From NCBI GenBank assembly GCA_951406725.2, contig OX597826.1, forward strand, positions 37,324,001 to 37,388,000: a stretch of 64,000 bases of DNA, given 5' to 3'. The position numbers were made by a program, and so were the translations under genes. Of this stretch, positions 27,200 through 41,760 are shown piece by piece; within the stretch, counting starts at the first letter, position 1, and each line of letters begins with the position of its first letter. The notes under the pieces are model-generated. The model worked only from the letters and a program-made list of their open reading frames with translations, was not told the origin of the DNA and did no database searches. This stretch comes from Octopus vulgaris. Taxonomy: Eukaryota.

Positions 27200-28089
27200 G
27201 AGGAAGAGTTTTATTACAGTGATAGATTAGATAGGTAAACAGATGGGATGAAGATTGACAAGATGGAAGTCAGTAGCTTGAGAAAGAGTTAGTGATGGGA
27301 ACAGACAGTTAAAGATAACTAGAGATGAGAAAATGTGTAAGAGACAGAAAGTGAGACTGTGAGGTAGAAAGGAGAGAAAGAGAGGAAGATAGAACTCTAC
27401 TGTAGAGAGGGAAAAATTAGACATGAGACGTATGCTTGTATGCAAATGTAGGCATGAGTGCGCGCACGTGTGTGTGCGTATTTGCGAGTGTATGAATGCA
27501 TGCATACATATACACCTATACGTTACTGCGTGGTTACATACATTGCAGTTAAATAGTTAAATTAATATTGTAGCATATTATAGATCGTAAAATCATAAAT
27601 TTCAGGAAACTGAAGATAATTTTCAATGGTTTTTACCTGTTGCAAACGAGCATTTGGAACTGACAAACATTTGTCGAAGATTAAAATTTATTTTCAGCCT
27701 CTAGAATTCCTTGTGGTGGAATGAAACCTTAATGAACAGTAAGAACTAATTAGTTGTTCACAATTGCTATTCAGAATATTTCAAGTCCTCTTTTATAACC
27801 CATAGTTATTGAACACGTGTCATTTTGAATATATTGTTTTGTATTATTTTATTCTGTATCAAGTATTGTACATTCCTGGAATGGATTAGAATTTATCATA
27901 ACACGGGGTTTAATAGGAGCGGGGTGCGATAATTAAAATCATTTCAAATGTGTTTGTTTTATTGGATTGTTAAAAATGTATTTGACACTGCAAGCTAAAT
28001 TCCAGTTCGACAATATAGAAGGAAAATAAGCGTCGATTTGGTGGTACGGTATTATGGCTGGATATAGTGCTAACGTCATCTGTTAATGG

Positions 28090-28320
28090 TGACGATGAAC
28101 GAGGAATTGTTGATGCTGTTGACAATAATAGTAACGAGAGTAATAACGTTGATAAGGATGATGGCGATGATGACGACGACGGCGACGATGACGATGATGA
28201 TGTAGATAATGATCATGACGATGATGTTGATGGTGAGGATGATCCTTAAATTAATCAATCTCTAAAATAATACTTTCATGTATCAAACTTTTTGCAACAG
28301 CAGCAGCAGCAGCAGTAGTG

Positions 28321-28393
<73 letters not shown>

Positions 28394-28419
28394 CAGTAGT
28401 GGTGGTGGTGGTGGTGGTG

Positions 28420-28466
<47 letters not shown>

Positions 28467-28512
28467 TGTAGTAGTAGTAGTTGTTGTTGTTGTTATTGTT
28501 GTAGCAGCAGTG

Positions 28513-28543
<31 letters not shown>

Positions 28544-28585
28544 TAGTTGTAGTAGTATACTACTACTACTACTACTACTACTATA
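28090..28585. repeat. Compound trinucleotide microsatellites (GAT/GAC, AGC, AGT, GGT, CTA)
   Basis: Directly visible. Confidence 0.9.
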
Positions 28586-28805
28586 AGCGTTAAATGTTTA
28601 AATGGCGTGAATTTCTTTTGTCCCGTCTGTCATGTATCATCAGTGAAGTCTAATTTATGTTGTAGACCCGAGTCATTATTGCTGATCATGCTGAAGTGAG
28701 GACTTTTCGCATTATAATACTAGGCGTCATCAAGTTGAGACGTGTTTTGTTGTGTTTTTGGGGAACTCCTAACAACATAAATCTCTTCACAGTCACACAC
28801 GTATA

Positions 28806-29677
28806 CAGGGTGCCGTGAATAAACTGTCATCTAAATTACTTAAAAATAAAAACACTCCTGACATTTCATCTTAATAGATATATTTACCAAAATTACATAA
28901 ACATATCTTGAAATACTAAACAGTAAATTTATTCAATAAAATTTTCATTCGCTTCAACCACGGCTTCCAGACGTCTTCAAAATCTGCACATCTTCTTGAC
29001 AGGCTCCTTATTTAAGTTGGTGAATGCTGCCATAATCTTTGCCTTCAGTTCATCTTTGGTCATAGCAGTTTTGTTGGTCTCTCGCTCAACTGCGCCCCAC
29101 ACATGATAATCAAGGGTTTTACAGTCTGGGGAGTTACGTGGCCAGATGTTGTGGGCGATGTGGTTGCAGAAATTGTCTGACAGTCATGACTGGGTTCTCC
29201 TGTTTGTGTGCCATGATGCAGAGTCCTTTTGCCAGATATAGGGTTTTCCAGCAACCACCCATTTGATCCAGGGCAGCACTACCTCATCCAAGCACTTAAA
29301 GAAGGCCTCGGCATTGAGACTGAGGCTGTATGGGAATATGAACGGAGGCATAACGTCGCCATCACTAATGATGTTTCCAAACAGAACGGTGTTAACTAGA
29401 TGTTTGATTTTTATCAATCTCGGTATATGTCCTCAGATTACACTGTCTTCTGATTGACACCCAAACACTCTGAACTGTCCATATTGGAGCTTCCGGCAGG
29501 AATGCCAATCTTTACAGCATATCGTTTCCAATTTTCTGGCTGAGTGAATTGCGCCATGGTGCTGTTATACTCACAAAAGGTACCCAACTTACCCAATTAT
29601 ACTGTGTAGTCGACAGAATCAAAACAATGGGCGAAATTAAAAATATAAATCGTTGACAATTTACCCATCGCCTCCTC
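28806..29677 (-). mobile_element. Internally deleted maT/Tc1-mariner element
   Basis: TA|CAGGGTG..GTGAATAAA.TGTC terminus with a degenerate inverted counterpart; GDVMPPFIF and WQKDSASWH motifs; second copy at 45440-46303. Confidence 0.85.
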
Positions 29678-29989
29678 TATATATATATGTATATATCTAC
29701 TTGTATACATATACATGACAAAATTAAGTCTGAGAGCCACAAAAAGACACTAACCTCAATTACGTTTACGGGGAGCGGGCGCAGAAAACTAAAACGATGT
29801 TTCCCTTGTAAGATGGACTCACAAAATATATAGTTTGATAATGCTTTACCAGGTGATTTCAAACTTTAACCAATAAGGTTTTGTTTCTCTTCAGAAGTAT
29901 CCACCGACTACTCAGGGCTAAATTGAGAGTTTGCTTCGTAATAGTAAATGAGAATAGGAAACCGTTGATGAGCAGCACTAAAGATATAG

Positions 29990-30020
<31 letters not shown>

Positions 30021-30021
<1 letters not shown>

Positions 30022-30228
30022 GTAAAATAATATGTGACAATTATTCGGTAGCCAAGATAAAACTCTGAGTTTCAGATGCCGAAGTGGAAATCCACAACAC
30101 CATCTGTTCGATTATCTGGCCATCTCTTGGCTACCGAATAATTGTCACATATTATTTTACAGATACATTTCCTCTATTTACATAATATTGAGGTATCTTT
30201 CTTTCTTTTGTTATCTTACCGTTTTTAT
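30021..30228. mobile_element. Short fold-back element in (TA)n with decayed minus-strand HHR
   Basis: 37-bp inverted repeat at 30021-30057 / 30125-30161; minus strand 30051-30120 reads gataa-TCGAACA-gatg..catct-GAAA-ctcagag-TT-ttatc. Confidence 0.65.
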
Positions 30229-30229
30229 C

Positions 30230-30291
<62 letters not shown>

Positions 30292-33200
30292 GAGGGAGGA
30301 AGTGAGATACCTAAACAGATAGATACATACATACATACATACATACATGCATCTATACATGGATGGATGGAGCGAGAGAGAGACAGGCAGACAGACTGAG
30401 GGGGAAAAGATAGATATTAAGCAGTCATTATCGGTCAAATATTTTGTCGTTAACCCACACCAGTAATGATATTCGGCCTTACTATTATATTTATAAAAAT
30501 GTATTATGGTTCTGAGTGAAATTCAATATTTATCTAAATATCTATTTATATCTATCTATCTTGTTATCTATCTCACTATAGCGAAATCTGAATGATGTGT
30601 GTGAATTTCAGACACATTTTTCGTAAATATTTCCTGAGTGAAGAGGGAAATTTACTTTTAATTAATTACATTAATTCAATGTTAGACATTATTAAATTCC
30701 TTCTTTCAAAGAAATTCAAATACGAAAGTGCTACCAATGTATTCCCTGCTGTGTCTCCTATTCAATGATCGTCGTCTGGTGTTTAAACTTGGCGAATTAA
30801 CAAACTCCAAGACAGGTAAACGTTGTTGTTACCGACACACAATGTCACAGTTCGAGAATCACCCTGAAATATTAATGAATAGATATGTGTTTGTTGAGAA
30901 ATGAATTATAATAAAGAAAGTGTGTATTCAAAATTCCCTGTAGATTTATTAGAAATAGAATGATTTAATTACATTAATATGTATGAATGAATATCAGTTT
31001 TAAATTTACACCGGTATCATAGAGACACACAAACCTATAAACCTATATTGATGTGTGTGAGTGTGTATGTGTGTGTGCGCGTGCATGCGAGTGTGTTTTT
31101 ATATGTGCAGCTGTGAGTTTGTGTATATTCGTGTAGATCTGAACTGGCTTACTTGATTATTTCCTGGTATATTAAAGTTTCGTCTATTTGCCGTCAATGT
31201 ACTCTATTCATCGTGAAGTGAAATAATAAAAGTGATTAAGAAGACATTTCTCCGTGTAGGTAATAATATGGTTGGTCAGATAACTAATAGTTTTCTTAAA
31301 GAAGTCCGTTCGTTTTGCAGGCATCAATAGTTATTTCGGCTCTAGCGTAGCCATGTCGTAAATCGTGTTGTAGATGGCGTAGCTGGACGTAATTGTTCAC
31401 GTTATTGCGCTAATATTATGTCAGATCCATTATCTTTGCCTGGCATCCTGGTAGAATCCTGCTCCGGTATTGGTTAAAAAGACATTTTTTATATCTCCCT
31501 AAGTTAAAATGAGTTGGGACTTCTCTTTTTACCTTTTTTCTGTTTTTTTTTTGTTTGTTTTAAGACTTGGCCAGGGGATCGATTATATGGAGTTTTGTCT
31601 GTAAGGAAATGAGATAGAACGTAGTTCCGCTATGCATATTAATACGCTATCTATCTTCCCTAAGTGAAGTTATTTCCCCATTATTTAATACTCAAATCTG
31701 TTGGGTTAGTTCTCTAAAGATATAGATGTTTAATGTGCATTTGTAAACCCTGTGCAGCCGATCCAGTTGTAGCATACAACAGAATCTTATAACATACTTA
31801 TTGTAGAACATTTTTCTCTATCAACAAACAGGTCTATTGCATAAGAGGCAGCAACTGAATGCCATTCTCTTGCCCTTGTCGGTGTTGCCATGGGATACTT
31901 TCTTTGTGGTTTGACGATCATTTACATATATTCCTCATACAATTAAATCTCACGTTCTCATGGAATCTGTGAACACTCCGGAAATGTTTCGTGATAAATA
32001 AGAAGACATTTTTTAATATTAAAACGGAATTCGTATTTGCCTGTGGGTTGTATTACAGCCTCCCACTTCACTGTGATTTTGGTTGTTTGTTCCCTCTTCT
32101 GGTGCGTATTTGGTTTTCTACAATTAATGCCTGCCTTTTAATACTTTACTGTAATACGCAATAATTTTAAACATAGTTTCGTCCGAGAATACAGTGGTTG
32201 TTGTCTATACCGTGTTGATGGGTACTTATCTAATGACATTATGAAGATATCCAATAAATAAAAGTTAGAATTATCGCATTGCAGTAAAGAGAAGAATAAT
32301 TTGATATTTGAGAGTGATGGTCACGAATCTGTGCGTATTTCTCTTCCAAAATCATCGTATCACAATAAATGTCTCTGTCCAGGCGTGTCGAACATTCCAG
32401 GTGACGATAGGGGATATCCTTAGCAGATTCATCAATGCATACCGCTTGACAGGATTATGTTTCGCTGAATATGTTATATAACAGACGTTACATTAACATC
32501 CGAACTATTGCTCTGATGAAAACTTTCTCTCTTGCACCAATTATAGTTCCATAACGTAAATTGTATTAGATATTACAGAACTTCAAAGTCGAATTCCACA
32601 AAATGTGAAGTCTGCTATTCTAACCGTGGATAGAATGACTACGGAGCTTTTGCTGACAAGCAGATGAAAGATAATGTCCATTATTTTGAAGTGGTGTAGT
32701 CACGCTAGGATTCTCTTTATGTGATATGAAGTAATTACACTTAATGCACAAATGTCAGAACAACCAACAAACAAAAAGATTGATCAGAGATACGCAGGTA
32801 TAAAACACTTTATACGACATCTGATTCTTATCTCTAGTAACAGTCTAACACACCTTGGCTTCAATGCATTTATTTTAAGTTTATTTTCATAAGATACTCT
32901 CTTTTATTCATTTGTAGATTTCCTTTGTATTTGCATACGTACTCGGGTTATATATATATTTTGAACATATATCTGCACTGCATATATACATACATATATA
33001 TGTATATATGTATATATACATACATGCATACATACATACATACATACATACATACATACATACATACATACATACATACATACATTTCGAGCGGAGCTCT
33101 TCGTCGGAAACAAGGAGAAGGAAAGATCCCAAGGAGGGAAGACAGAGGAGAAAATATTTGAGCTGGTGGTGCTCAAGATATATATATATATATATATATA

Positions 33201-33869
33201 AAGAGACAGAGAAAGAAAGAGAGAGAGGGAGAGGGAGGGAGGGAGGGAAAGATAGCAAGAATAATGTTGACAGTAACGTTGAACATTTGGCCTGCTTAGC
33301 CTTCATCAGCCTCCGGTAAAGGTTCAGCAATAGGACCTTCAAAGTCACTGTCAACATTCTTCTGTATAAAGAATGAATATATATTACAAAACTATCAATA
33401 CTTCTATTTAAAGTGAAATTGCTTTCATTTTGACTGTAGTGGGGTGATCTAACTATTTGGCCTTTGAGTATATGTCTATTCGTCTGTCGATTAAAGCACA
33501 TTCACCGTTTCCGGCTACCTGATGTCATCAACAGTTATGATATAATTTTACGATATAATTTTCCGCAGTGTTTGTTGAATTTATAATTGATGAAAGAAAC
33601 GGAAGATGGATTTAGTACGAATCTTTATTCAGCACGACGATCGTTTCGTCCCATACCGCGGCTGTCCCTTAGAGGTAGCATATTGTGCATTTAGTTGTGT
33701 TGCATCAATTAGTGCAGGCTGTTTCACTTCAGAAGCTTGGTGTAAAAAAAAGAGAGAACCCACTAGATATACTGAGCTCTCCTTGGTATATTGTTCTCAC
33801 TTGTTGTACATGGACACACTAAATAAAGATTCGTGCTAAATTCCATCTTCCTTTTCCTTCTTCAATTAT

Positions 33870-34230
33870 ACAGGGTGGATAGAAAGTAACAAAGCATTAA
33901 AAATTGCTTATAGAATTTTTATTATCTCTGAAGTCATGACGAAAACATTTTTTAAACAGACAACATTAATGGGGACTTTTTATTGGCTTATTGTCTAATT
34001 TCTTATTTATTATTTTCCAAATGGCCAGTCGCTTGACTGTTTAGGAGTGAGTCAGATGGCAGCAAACTATGAAGTATGGAATTTCAATGTTTTGGTTCAG
34101 AGATGGTGGTATACATGTAAAGGTAAGCATACAACACTACGTTCGGTGGCAATAAAAAGTTGTCCTGCAAAGCTGATGACCACAGATTCTGCCAATGATA
34201 CAAGAATTGGCCGTCCAACCACATCATGAT
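33870..34230 (+). mobile_element. Tc1-like transposon 5' relic
   Basis: TA|CAGGGTG terminus followed by a short N-terminal-like peptide AANYEVW..VLVQRWW. Confidence 0.4.
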
Positions 34231-34387
34231 CAGCGAAAAACGTGGCATCAGTGAGAAAGTCTTTTTCGTTTCGAGCCTACGCTCTTCAAAAGAAAGGAAC
34301 ACACAAAAACAAACAGAGAGAGAATAACAAAAGCTTTAGTGGCTAACGGTCAATCATGGTGATGGCTGGACGGAGGTGATATATATA

Positions 34388-34540
34388 CGACAGGCTTCTT
34401 TCAGTTTCCGTCTGCCAAATCCATTTACAAGGGTTTGGTCGGCCCGAGGCTAAAGTAGAAAACACTTGCTCCAAAGTGCCACGCAGTGGGATAGAACCCG
34501 GAACCATGTGATTGGGAAGCAAGCTTCTTACCACAGCCAC
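34388..34540 (-). mobile_element. SINE family A, 5' half
   Basis: Reverse complement of the 56742-56905 region. Confidence 0.8.
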
Positions 34541-34814
34541 ATTTCTTTCGTACTTTATCTTGTGTTGTAGTCGACACATCGTCAATGAGTTTGTGTGAGG
34601 TTATTCGCTGTTTAGGATTTTCCAATAATCATACATCCACATCCAGGCAATGTAATTTAAGTTGCTGAAATCTGAAATCGCGTCCATTTAATACCATACC
34701 CAACCATCACTTCCAGGGTTCACACAGCCATATTGAAAGCCACCCTATCGCAAATTCAGTTGCAGTATTTTAATAAGAAAATCAACAGATTTACGTATTT
34801 AATTCTAAAAGTAT

Positions 34815-35243
34815 TGATTTCTGATTTAGGCACAATGCCAGCAATTTCTGAGTGGGTGGTAAATTTATTACAGCGACCCGAGTATCTTACTGGTACATAT
34901 TTCATCCACCCCGAAAGAATTGAAGATAGAGTCAACCTCAGAACACGAAGCCCGAAGACCTGCCGGTAAGCATTTTACCCGGCGTGCTAAAGATTCTGCC
35001 AGCTTACCGTCTTCTAAATCTAAAAATATTCTTTTCTACTCTTGGCACAAAGCCCGAAATTTTGGGGAAGGTGGGGCAGGCGATTAGATTGACTCCAGTA
35101 TGTAACTGGTACTTAATTTATCAACCCCAAGTAGGAAAGCAAAGTTGATCTCGGATGAATTTGAACTGAGAACGTGAAAACCAACGACGTGCCGCTAAGC
35201 ATTTATGCCTGGCGTGCTGACGATTCTGCCAGCTCGCCGCCTT
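34815..35243 (-). mobile_element. Two adjacent SINE family B copies
   Basis: Heads end at ~35012 (ctgccagcttaccgtctt) and ~35243 (ctgccagctcgccgcctt). Confidence 0.8.
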
Positions 35244-35783
35244 CGAATTCTAAAAGTATTAGCTTTAATTCTATTTTATAAAATTTGTTATCGCGTATGA
35301 AATAAATATATGTTAGAGAAATAAAACGTTGGAGTTCATACAGATGTAACTTTACTACAAACTACGCAAATATAAAAATCTGTTTGCGTATCTAGATTAA
35401 ATGGCGATCGAATTAAATATTGAAGGAAATGTTAAGTTGCTTTGAATTTTCGGAAGTTTATTTTTGAAATTTGTGGTAATAATAAAATAGTTAGAAAAAT
35501 AATTAAATACTGGAAAAAGATTACTGGTAGAGTATTCACTGAATTAAAAACATAGCGTTTTTATCAGCTAAAGAGTAATAATTTATTTTGCTATTATCTA
35601 CTTTTAACTCAGACAAATACGTTAAAACAAATCGGTAAAACAAAATATGTTTCGAAAATAAAATAATCTGGAAGACATTCATGACTACATTGCTTCCTAC
35701 ATCAGAGAACCATTCACCATTCTACCATCCTACAAGCAATCGCACATATACACATACATATCTGCGTGCGTATGTACGTACGT

Positions 35784-35825
<42 letters not shown>

Positions 35826-36394
35826 AATATGCGTTAGAGTTCGTCTCTGTATTTGCAGTTGTGTATCTTGTTTTGGTGGTGACATGGTAGGAAAACTCCT
35901 ATAAGTTGGACAACTCTTAATGTCAATACATGCGTCAACAGTTATCCTGTTGACTCCAGTAAGAAACATATTCTCATTTCCTATATAGCAAGTCAATTTG
36001 GGAAAGATTTTAAATCTTGAGATTCTCTTTCCTTTTCATTCGGAGTCAGATCTGTCTGCCATTTGGCGATTGCTCTGTGCTTTCCGGAAGAAGCGATTGT
36101 TTTAATAAGCTAAAATATTATCCGAAATGATATTTAATGTACGTTATGAGGTTCCGTTCTTCAAATATCTGCATTCTAGTCACATGGAGTTATTTGTCAC
36201 AGCTCATGTTTGTTATAAATATATGCAAATATACACACAATCACACATACACACAGTCTCTCTCTCTCTCTCTCAGGTTCACTGAGTCGTTGATTGTAGA
36301 TGAAGCGCCATCTATGTTGGTGGGTGTCACACAGATTTTCTGCAAAGGAATCCTCATCACCCATCATCAAAATTATTCATTTTGTCTGTATATT

Positions 36395-36567
36395 TTGACA
36401 AGAGTCACAAGACCAGCAACTTCAGGAGAGGGGAAAAGTCGATTACATCGACCGCTGTTGGATGAAAGCAAAGTCGGCCTCAGCGGAATTTGAACTCAAA
36501 ATGTAAAGATGGACGAAATGCCGCTAATCATTTTGCCCGGCGTGCTAACGATTCAGCCAGCTCGTCG
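36395..36567 (-). mobile_element. SINE family B, internally deleted
   Basis: gcaaagtcggcctcagcggaatttgaactc...gccagctcgtcg. Confidence 0.75.
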
Positions 36568-36870
36568 AGTAATATTCAATTATAAAAATCTGGTATTTTA
36601 TTAATTTAGGTTGTTGCAGAACCAACCAACAACTGGACGAATCATCTGGTAAATTAAGACCGTATCAAGAATTAGTTATTTTTTTCCACTTATATCAAGG
36701 GTTGTGGTAAAAGTTAATATAAAGGGGTTGTTAATACCTACCTGATAGTTTTTAAATGTACAATAAGCTTCAAGAATTAAAGGATGTGATCCTAAATAAT
36801 ATGTAAATATTACATATGATTACGAGATCAAAGTGTTTATCTCTTTAACAATGTTCTAGGGAATAATTCA

Positions 36871-36923
<53 letters not shown>

Positions 36924-36944
36924 CAGACAGACTGACGGACAGAC

Positions 36945-36978
<34 letters not shown>

Positions 36979-37168
36979 TTAGATAGATAGATAGATAATT
37001 AGATAGACAGATACATACATATATTCATATAAATATATATATATATATATACATACACACACACATACATACATGCATGCATACGTACATACATATATAC
37101 ATACATACATACATACATACATACATACATACATACATACATACATGTGTATATATCTATATATATAG
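36871..37168. repeat. (GATA)n/(TA)n/(TACA)n compound microsatellite
   Basis: Directly visible. Confidence 0.95.
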
Positions 37169-39030
37169 TCAATATATTTCCTTCAGAATAGATATAAGTG
37201 ATTTTCCATTGTATGTACACATTTTAAGGTTTTCGATGTTTCAACTGCCTGCGGGAAATTTTTACAGAGAAATTTTTTACTGAGAAATTTTTACTGAGAA
37301 ATCACCAGTGACCCGATTTAGTGAGAGTTTCATCTGGTGAACCACAGTTCAGTCAATTAGTTTGGTTGCCCACAACGCTATACACGCTCCTTCCTCTCTG
37401 TGATTCCAAGGTTTCCAGCAATCAGTAAGAGAATTGATAACACCACATCGATAAAATCAACCAGTTCCCTTCTCTCGCTACAGTTCTGGCTGAGCAAAAG
37501 AAATTCCTAAATAGCATCTCATTAATTTCTCCTTTGTGTTCTTTCTTAACCATTCTTACAAATTATATTGCAATGCAGAGTTTATTTCTTATCTTTCATC
37601 AACCTTACAACTCAGCATTTTCCTACATTTATTTACTTTTGTATCCTTCCCGCTTTGTCTCCTCTGACTTTCAGTTGAACACCTTATCTTTCAAAACCTA
37701 AATATCAATATTTCTTTCTCTCCATCTCCCGCTAAATTTCTTTCTCTTTCAGCACGACACTCCTTCCTTCCTTTTCCTTCTCTTTATCCCTTTCAATGCT
37801 GAATAACTGATTCCTTCCTTTTCGTCTTGCGTTATCTTCTTTAATACCAGTACATAATCTTTCTGTCTTCATCTCTCTGTCTCTCTGTCTCTCTCTCTCT
37901 CTATCTCACTCCACCGTCCCTCTCTCTCTCTCTCTCTTTAACTTACTTTCCATTCCCACTATTCTAAACAATCCATCTCTTTTCATTGCGTTTTCTTTAA
38001 AATATATGTATGTCTCTGTGTATGTATGTATGTATGTATGTATGTATGTATGTATGTATGTATGTATGTATGTATGTATGTATGCATGTCTATAACTCTC
38101 TCCAAGTAAGAATTATTTACAAGCCTTAAACATTCTCTTAACATGTTAATCATACGTTTCCCGTTAGACTTACATTTTTACAAATCTACAGCTCCTCCCT
38201 TTTCGCTTACGAAAATATCTCTCACTGTCTTCGATTCTCCTCATTCCTCGTACCTAATCTTACACTCACATCTCTTTATGATACTATACTTTTGATTCTC
38301 AATAATCGGGGGGTGGGGGTCTGCAACAGTTTTGAATATAGGCAGAAAATTGTATTTTAACAAATTTGAACAAAAAGGAACATGAAATTAGTATGGGTCA
38401 TTTTAAACTCAGAAACTCAGAGCATAACTTAAATTTAAAAAGAGACTTAATGGGGCAATCTCATGAGAATATTTATTTATAAACTCAGTATCAGAGAAAG
38501 TATATTCAAAAAGAGACAGGGAAACATATATTTGGATTTACAGAAGTCGTGTTGTGGCTATGCTTGAAATATGTTCAGAATCGAAAGGTTAATCGTGATT
38601 TAAAACAACACGTAATGAAATAAAACTTGAGGTGTGAGACGATAAAATTCTAGATGTGTGAAAGAGATAGTATTATAGATGCCGCAGAGATAAACTATGA
38701 AATGTGTGATAATGATTACGAAACGAAAATATAAAATTATAGTATGCCAAAGAGTAAAATAGGGAAGATATTTCTTGCGTAGAATTGGCTTGAAGCTACT
38801 TCATTCTTTTCTCATAGTTTAGTTTTAGTAAGTCTTCTTTAGTTATTATGGTTGTCACTGGAATTGGTAACCGAATAACCATCTAATGAGCATGAAGTGG
38901 GCGAGGAAAAAACTGAGGTATATGCTGCAGCACTGCAATATATAATAGAGATTAATGTTGCTATCTTTATGGTATGTTCGTTTCATATTTCATTTGGTGT
39001 GTTGCAATATGTAGGAAAAACTAATGCATG

Positions 39031-39210
39031 GAGCTGGTTGAATCGTTAGCATGTCGGACAAAATGCTTAGCGGCACTTCGTCCGTCTTTACGTTCTGAGC
39101 TCAATTTCCATCGCGATTGACTTTGCCTTTCATTCTTTGAGATTGATAAAATAATCACTGGTTAATCACTGGGGTCGATGTAATCGACTTACTCCATCCC
39201 CCGAAAGTGC
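39031..39210 (+). mobile_element. SINE family B
   Basis: gagctggttgaatcgttagc...gactttgcctttcattc...ctggggtcgatgtaatcgactt. Confidence 0.8.
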
Positions 39211-41292
39211 AGAGGCTAATGAAGGTTTTATCTTTCAACTTTACGTCTTTTTTAGGCCGTAGGACTACATGCAGGATCAAGGACATATTTTGGTTCCAAA
39301 CAATTGAAGGTTAATGGACGTTTGGTTTATTACGAACGCTTGACATTGCTATTAATAATAAATAGGATCACAGTTGATTCTGCTTTTGATTTCTCAGTTT
39401 TACAGGAATGCATTAGGTGCAGAATGTCTAACTTAGATTCAGAGATAGAGAGCATGCAGTTCTCACGCTAGTTTGTTTGGTTTGATTCAAGGACCGACTG
39501 TTTACAGTCATTATGTTGATTGTTTACGATACAGACATACTTCTAGTTACCCTCACAATTTTAGCCGCTTTTGATTCAGAGATGCATAGCTTATTCGCCA
39601 TCTCTGAATCCATATGGCTGTTTTAGGAATTTGTGTGAGTTGGTGGAAGGAAAAAAAAGAAGTTATTCCTGGAAGAAACATCATTTGTGTGTCTGTATGC
39701 TTAGAACAGAGTAGACACTGCTACAGACAGCCATATCCAAAGTGTTGAGGATTAATCGGTCAACAGATTTAACCTACCATGCAAAATTATCAACAAAAGT
39801 TACAGGACTCTCTAATAACTCCAAAAATATTTTACTTGTGTGACATAAGGTTTCCTGTGTCACCTTTTGTATCTTATTATTTGGACACCAATATCTTATA
39901 TGGATATATATGTATGTATGAGTATGCGTAGGAATTCCTGTTTCTATGTAAGATTTAAATATTTATTTAGTCATAGATTACTGTTGTGACAGCAGAATCC
40001 GAAGTATGCTGAACAAAATGTTTAGCAGAATTTCTTCCGATTCTTTAAATGTTCTCCTTACCTCGATGACGTTGGTAACATATATTAAAAGTACCTTACA
40101 GAACTATATTCATGAAAAAGTATAGAACTTTATTACCACCCTCAAATTAGTGAAACAAACATTCATAACTGTTTTTCTTTTATAACTTCATTGCATGAGA
40201 TTGGCACCATGAAATTCCTCGAATTGAGCTTTATCATTTAAGCCTAATTAAAATATAATTTGCTTTTAAAATAAAAAAAAAGTTATTTAGATCCAAAAAT
40301 TGATTGTTGGCGTTATTTACTCTCCTATTACAATCGCTACAAATTTTTATGTAAACTTTTTTATACTGGATCAAATTTTAATATTTTATGCCAAAATGTA
40401 GTTAGGGACCACTCTTCTTGAAAAAAGTGAATTAGCGACAAGCTCTGAAAGGTGCTGCGTTTGAGTAAATTCCCGTCGTTGAATGATATTCAGAAATGAG
40501 TAGAAATGGGCCGTACATATGTATACACGCAGAGACATATAAACATACATGAACATATGTGTATGCGCATATATGCATGTGTGTGTGTATTTGTGTGTAT
40601 GTGTGTGAAAGTGTGTGTGTATTTGGGTATGTGTATGTATATAACTATCTGTGAAACTAAATGTGTGTGTTTGCGACCATGTTGGTAAGTAGACTGGCTG
40701 ACAGCTACCTTTTTGATTAACAGGGTTTTATAGAAACATTTCATACCAAAATGACCCCACCAAAAAATTCCATATCTTTATTCTTTATTCTTGATCTAAT
40801 TCTTCTCACCCCACCTCTCTTTTTATATACACACACACATTCATTTGTTTATGTATAAATGTATAAATATACATGAATGAATACATGTATTTCTGTGTTT
40901 GTGCTTCTCTCTGTGTATATGTGTACGGTCGTATGTTTGCGTGTGTGTGTGCATGTGTATATGTATATGTGTGAGCGTGTGTGTATACGTGTATATGTAT
41001 TATGTATATATCTGTGTGTGTGTGCGTGTGCGTACGCGTGTGTGTTGTTAATGTGTGTATGGTTGTAATTAAATACTCTTTACAGAAACAGTGAATAACA
41101 CACTCTACACGATCAGTTTGAAAACTGCTTTTATGAGAGAAACTCGCCTCAGAAACCCACCTTCTAAAATATCTAATAACGTATAAACATCAAATCATTA
41201 CAGTGGAAAAACTACCAGAAAATATTTCTCAATATTTAATATTATACCAAAGGTATTTCTAGTTTTTATTCTACTACACACACGCACACATG

Positions 41293-41334
<42 letters not shown>

Positions 41335-41610
41335 CACACACAGAGATATACGTTTATGAATTTGTTTTGTTTTGGAGGATTCTTGATGTGAAGTCGTGTG
41401 TTGAAAGATATTGTATTTCGGAATGGCCATTTTTTTGTTGCCTCATAAACACATGCAGTACTTCTTAATATTATGTCGATCTGTCTTGACAAGCCGCTAA
41501 GTTATGGAATCGTAAACTACGCAATACCCGTTATTAAGCATCAGGTTGCAAACAGCCACATACAAACACAAACTCATACACTTATTCACACATACAGACA
41601 CACACATATG

Positions 41611-41760
41611 CGTCGGGCTTCCAGACAGTTTCGGCTAACATATTCACTCACAAATCATTAGTCGGCTCTGGGTTACAGTAGAAGACACTTACTGAAGGTA
41701 CTAAAGAATGGGACTAAACCCGAACACATTTAGATGCGAAGTGAGCTTCTTGTCCACACG
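41611..41760 (-). mobile_element. SINE family A, decayed 5' half
   Basis: gggcttcc..acagtttc...agtagaagacactt...gggactaaacccg. Confidence 0.6.

Noticed and set aside
39256-39309. Exon-like segment tttttag|...AAG|gttaat (similar candidates at 9327, 23546 and 27678)
   Set aside because: No consistent reading-frame chain or recognisable product; expected by chance.
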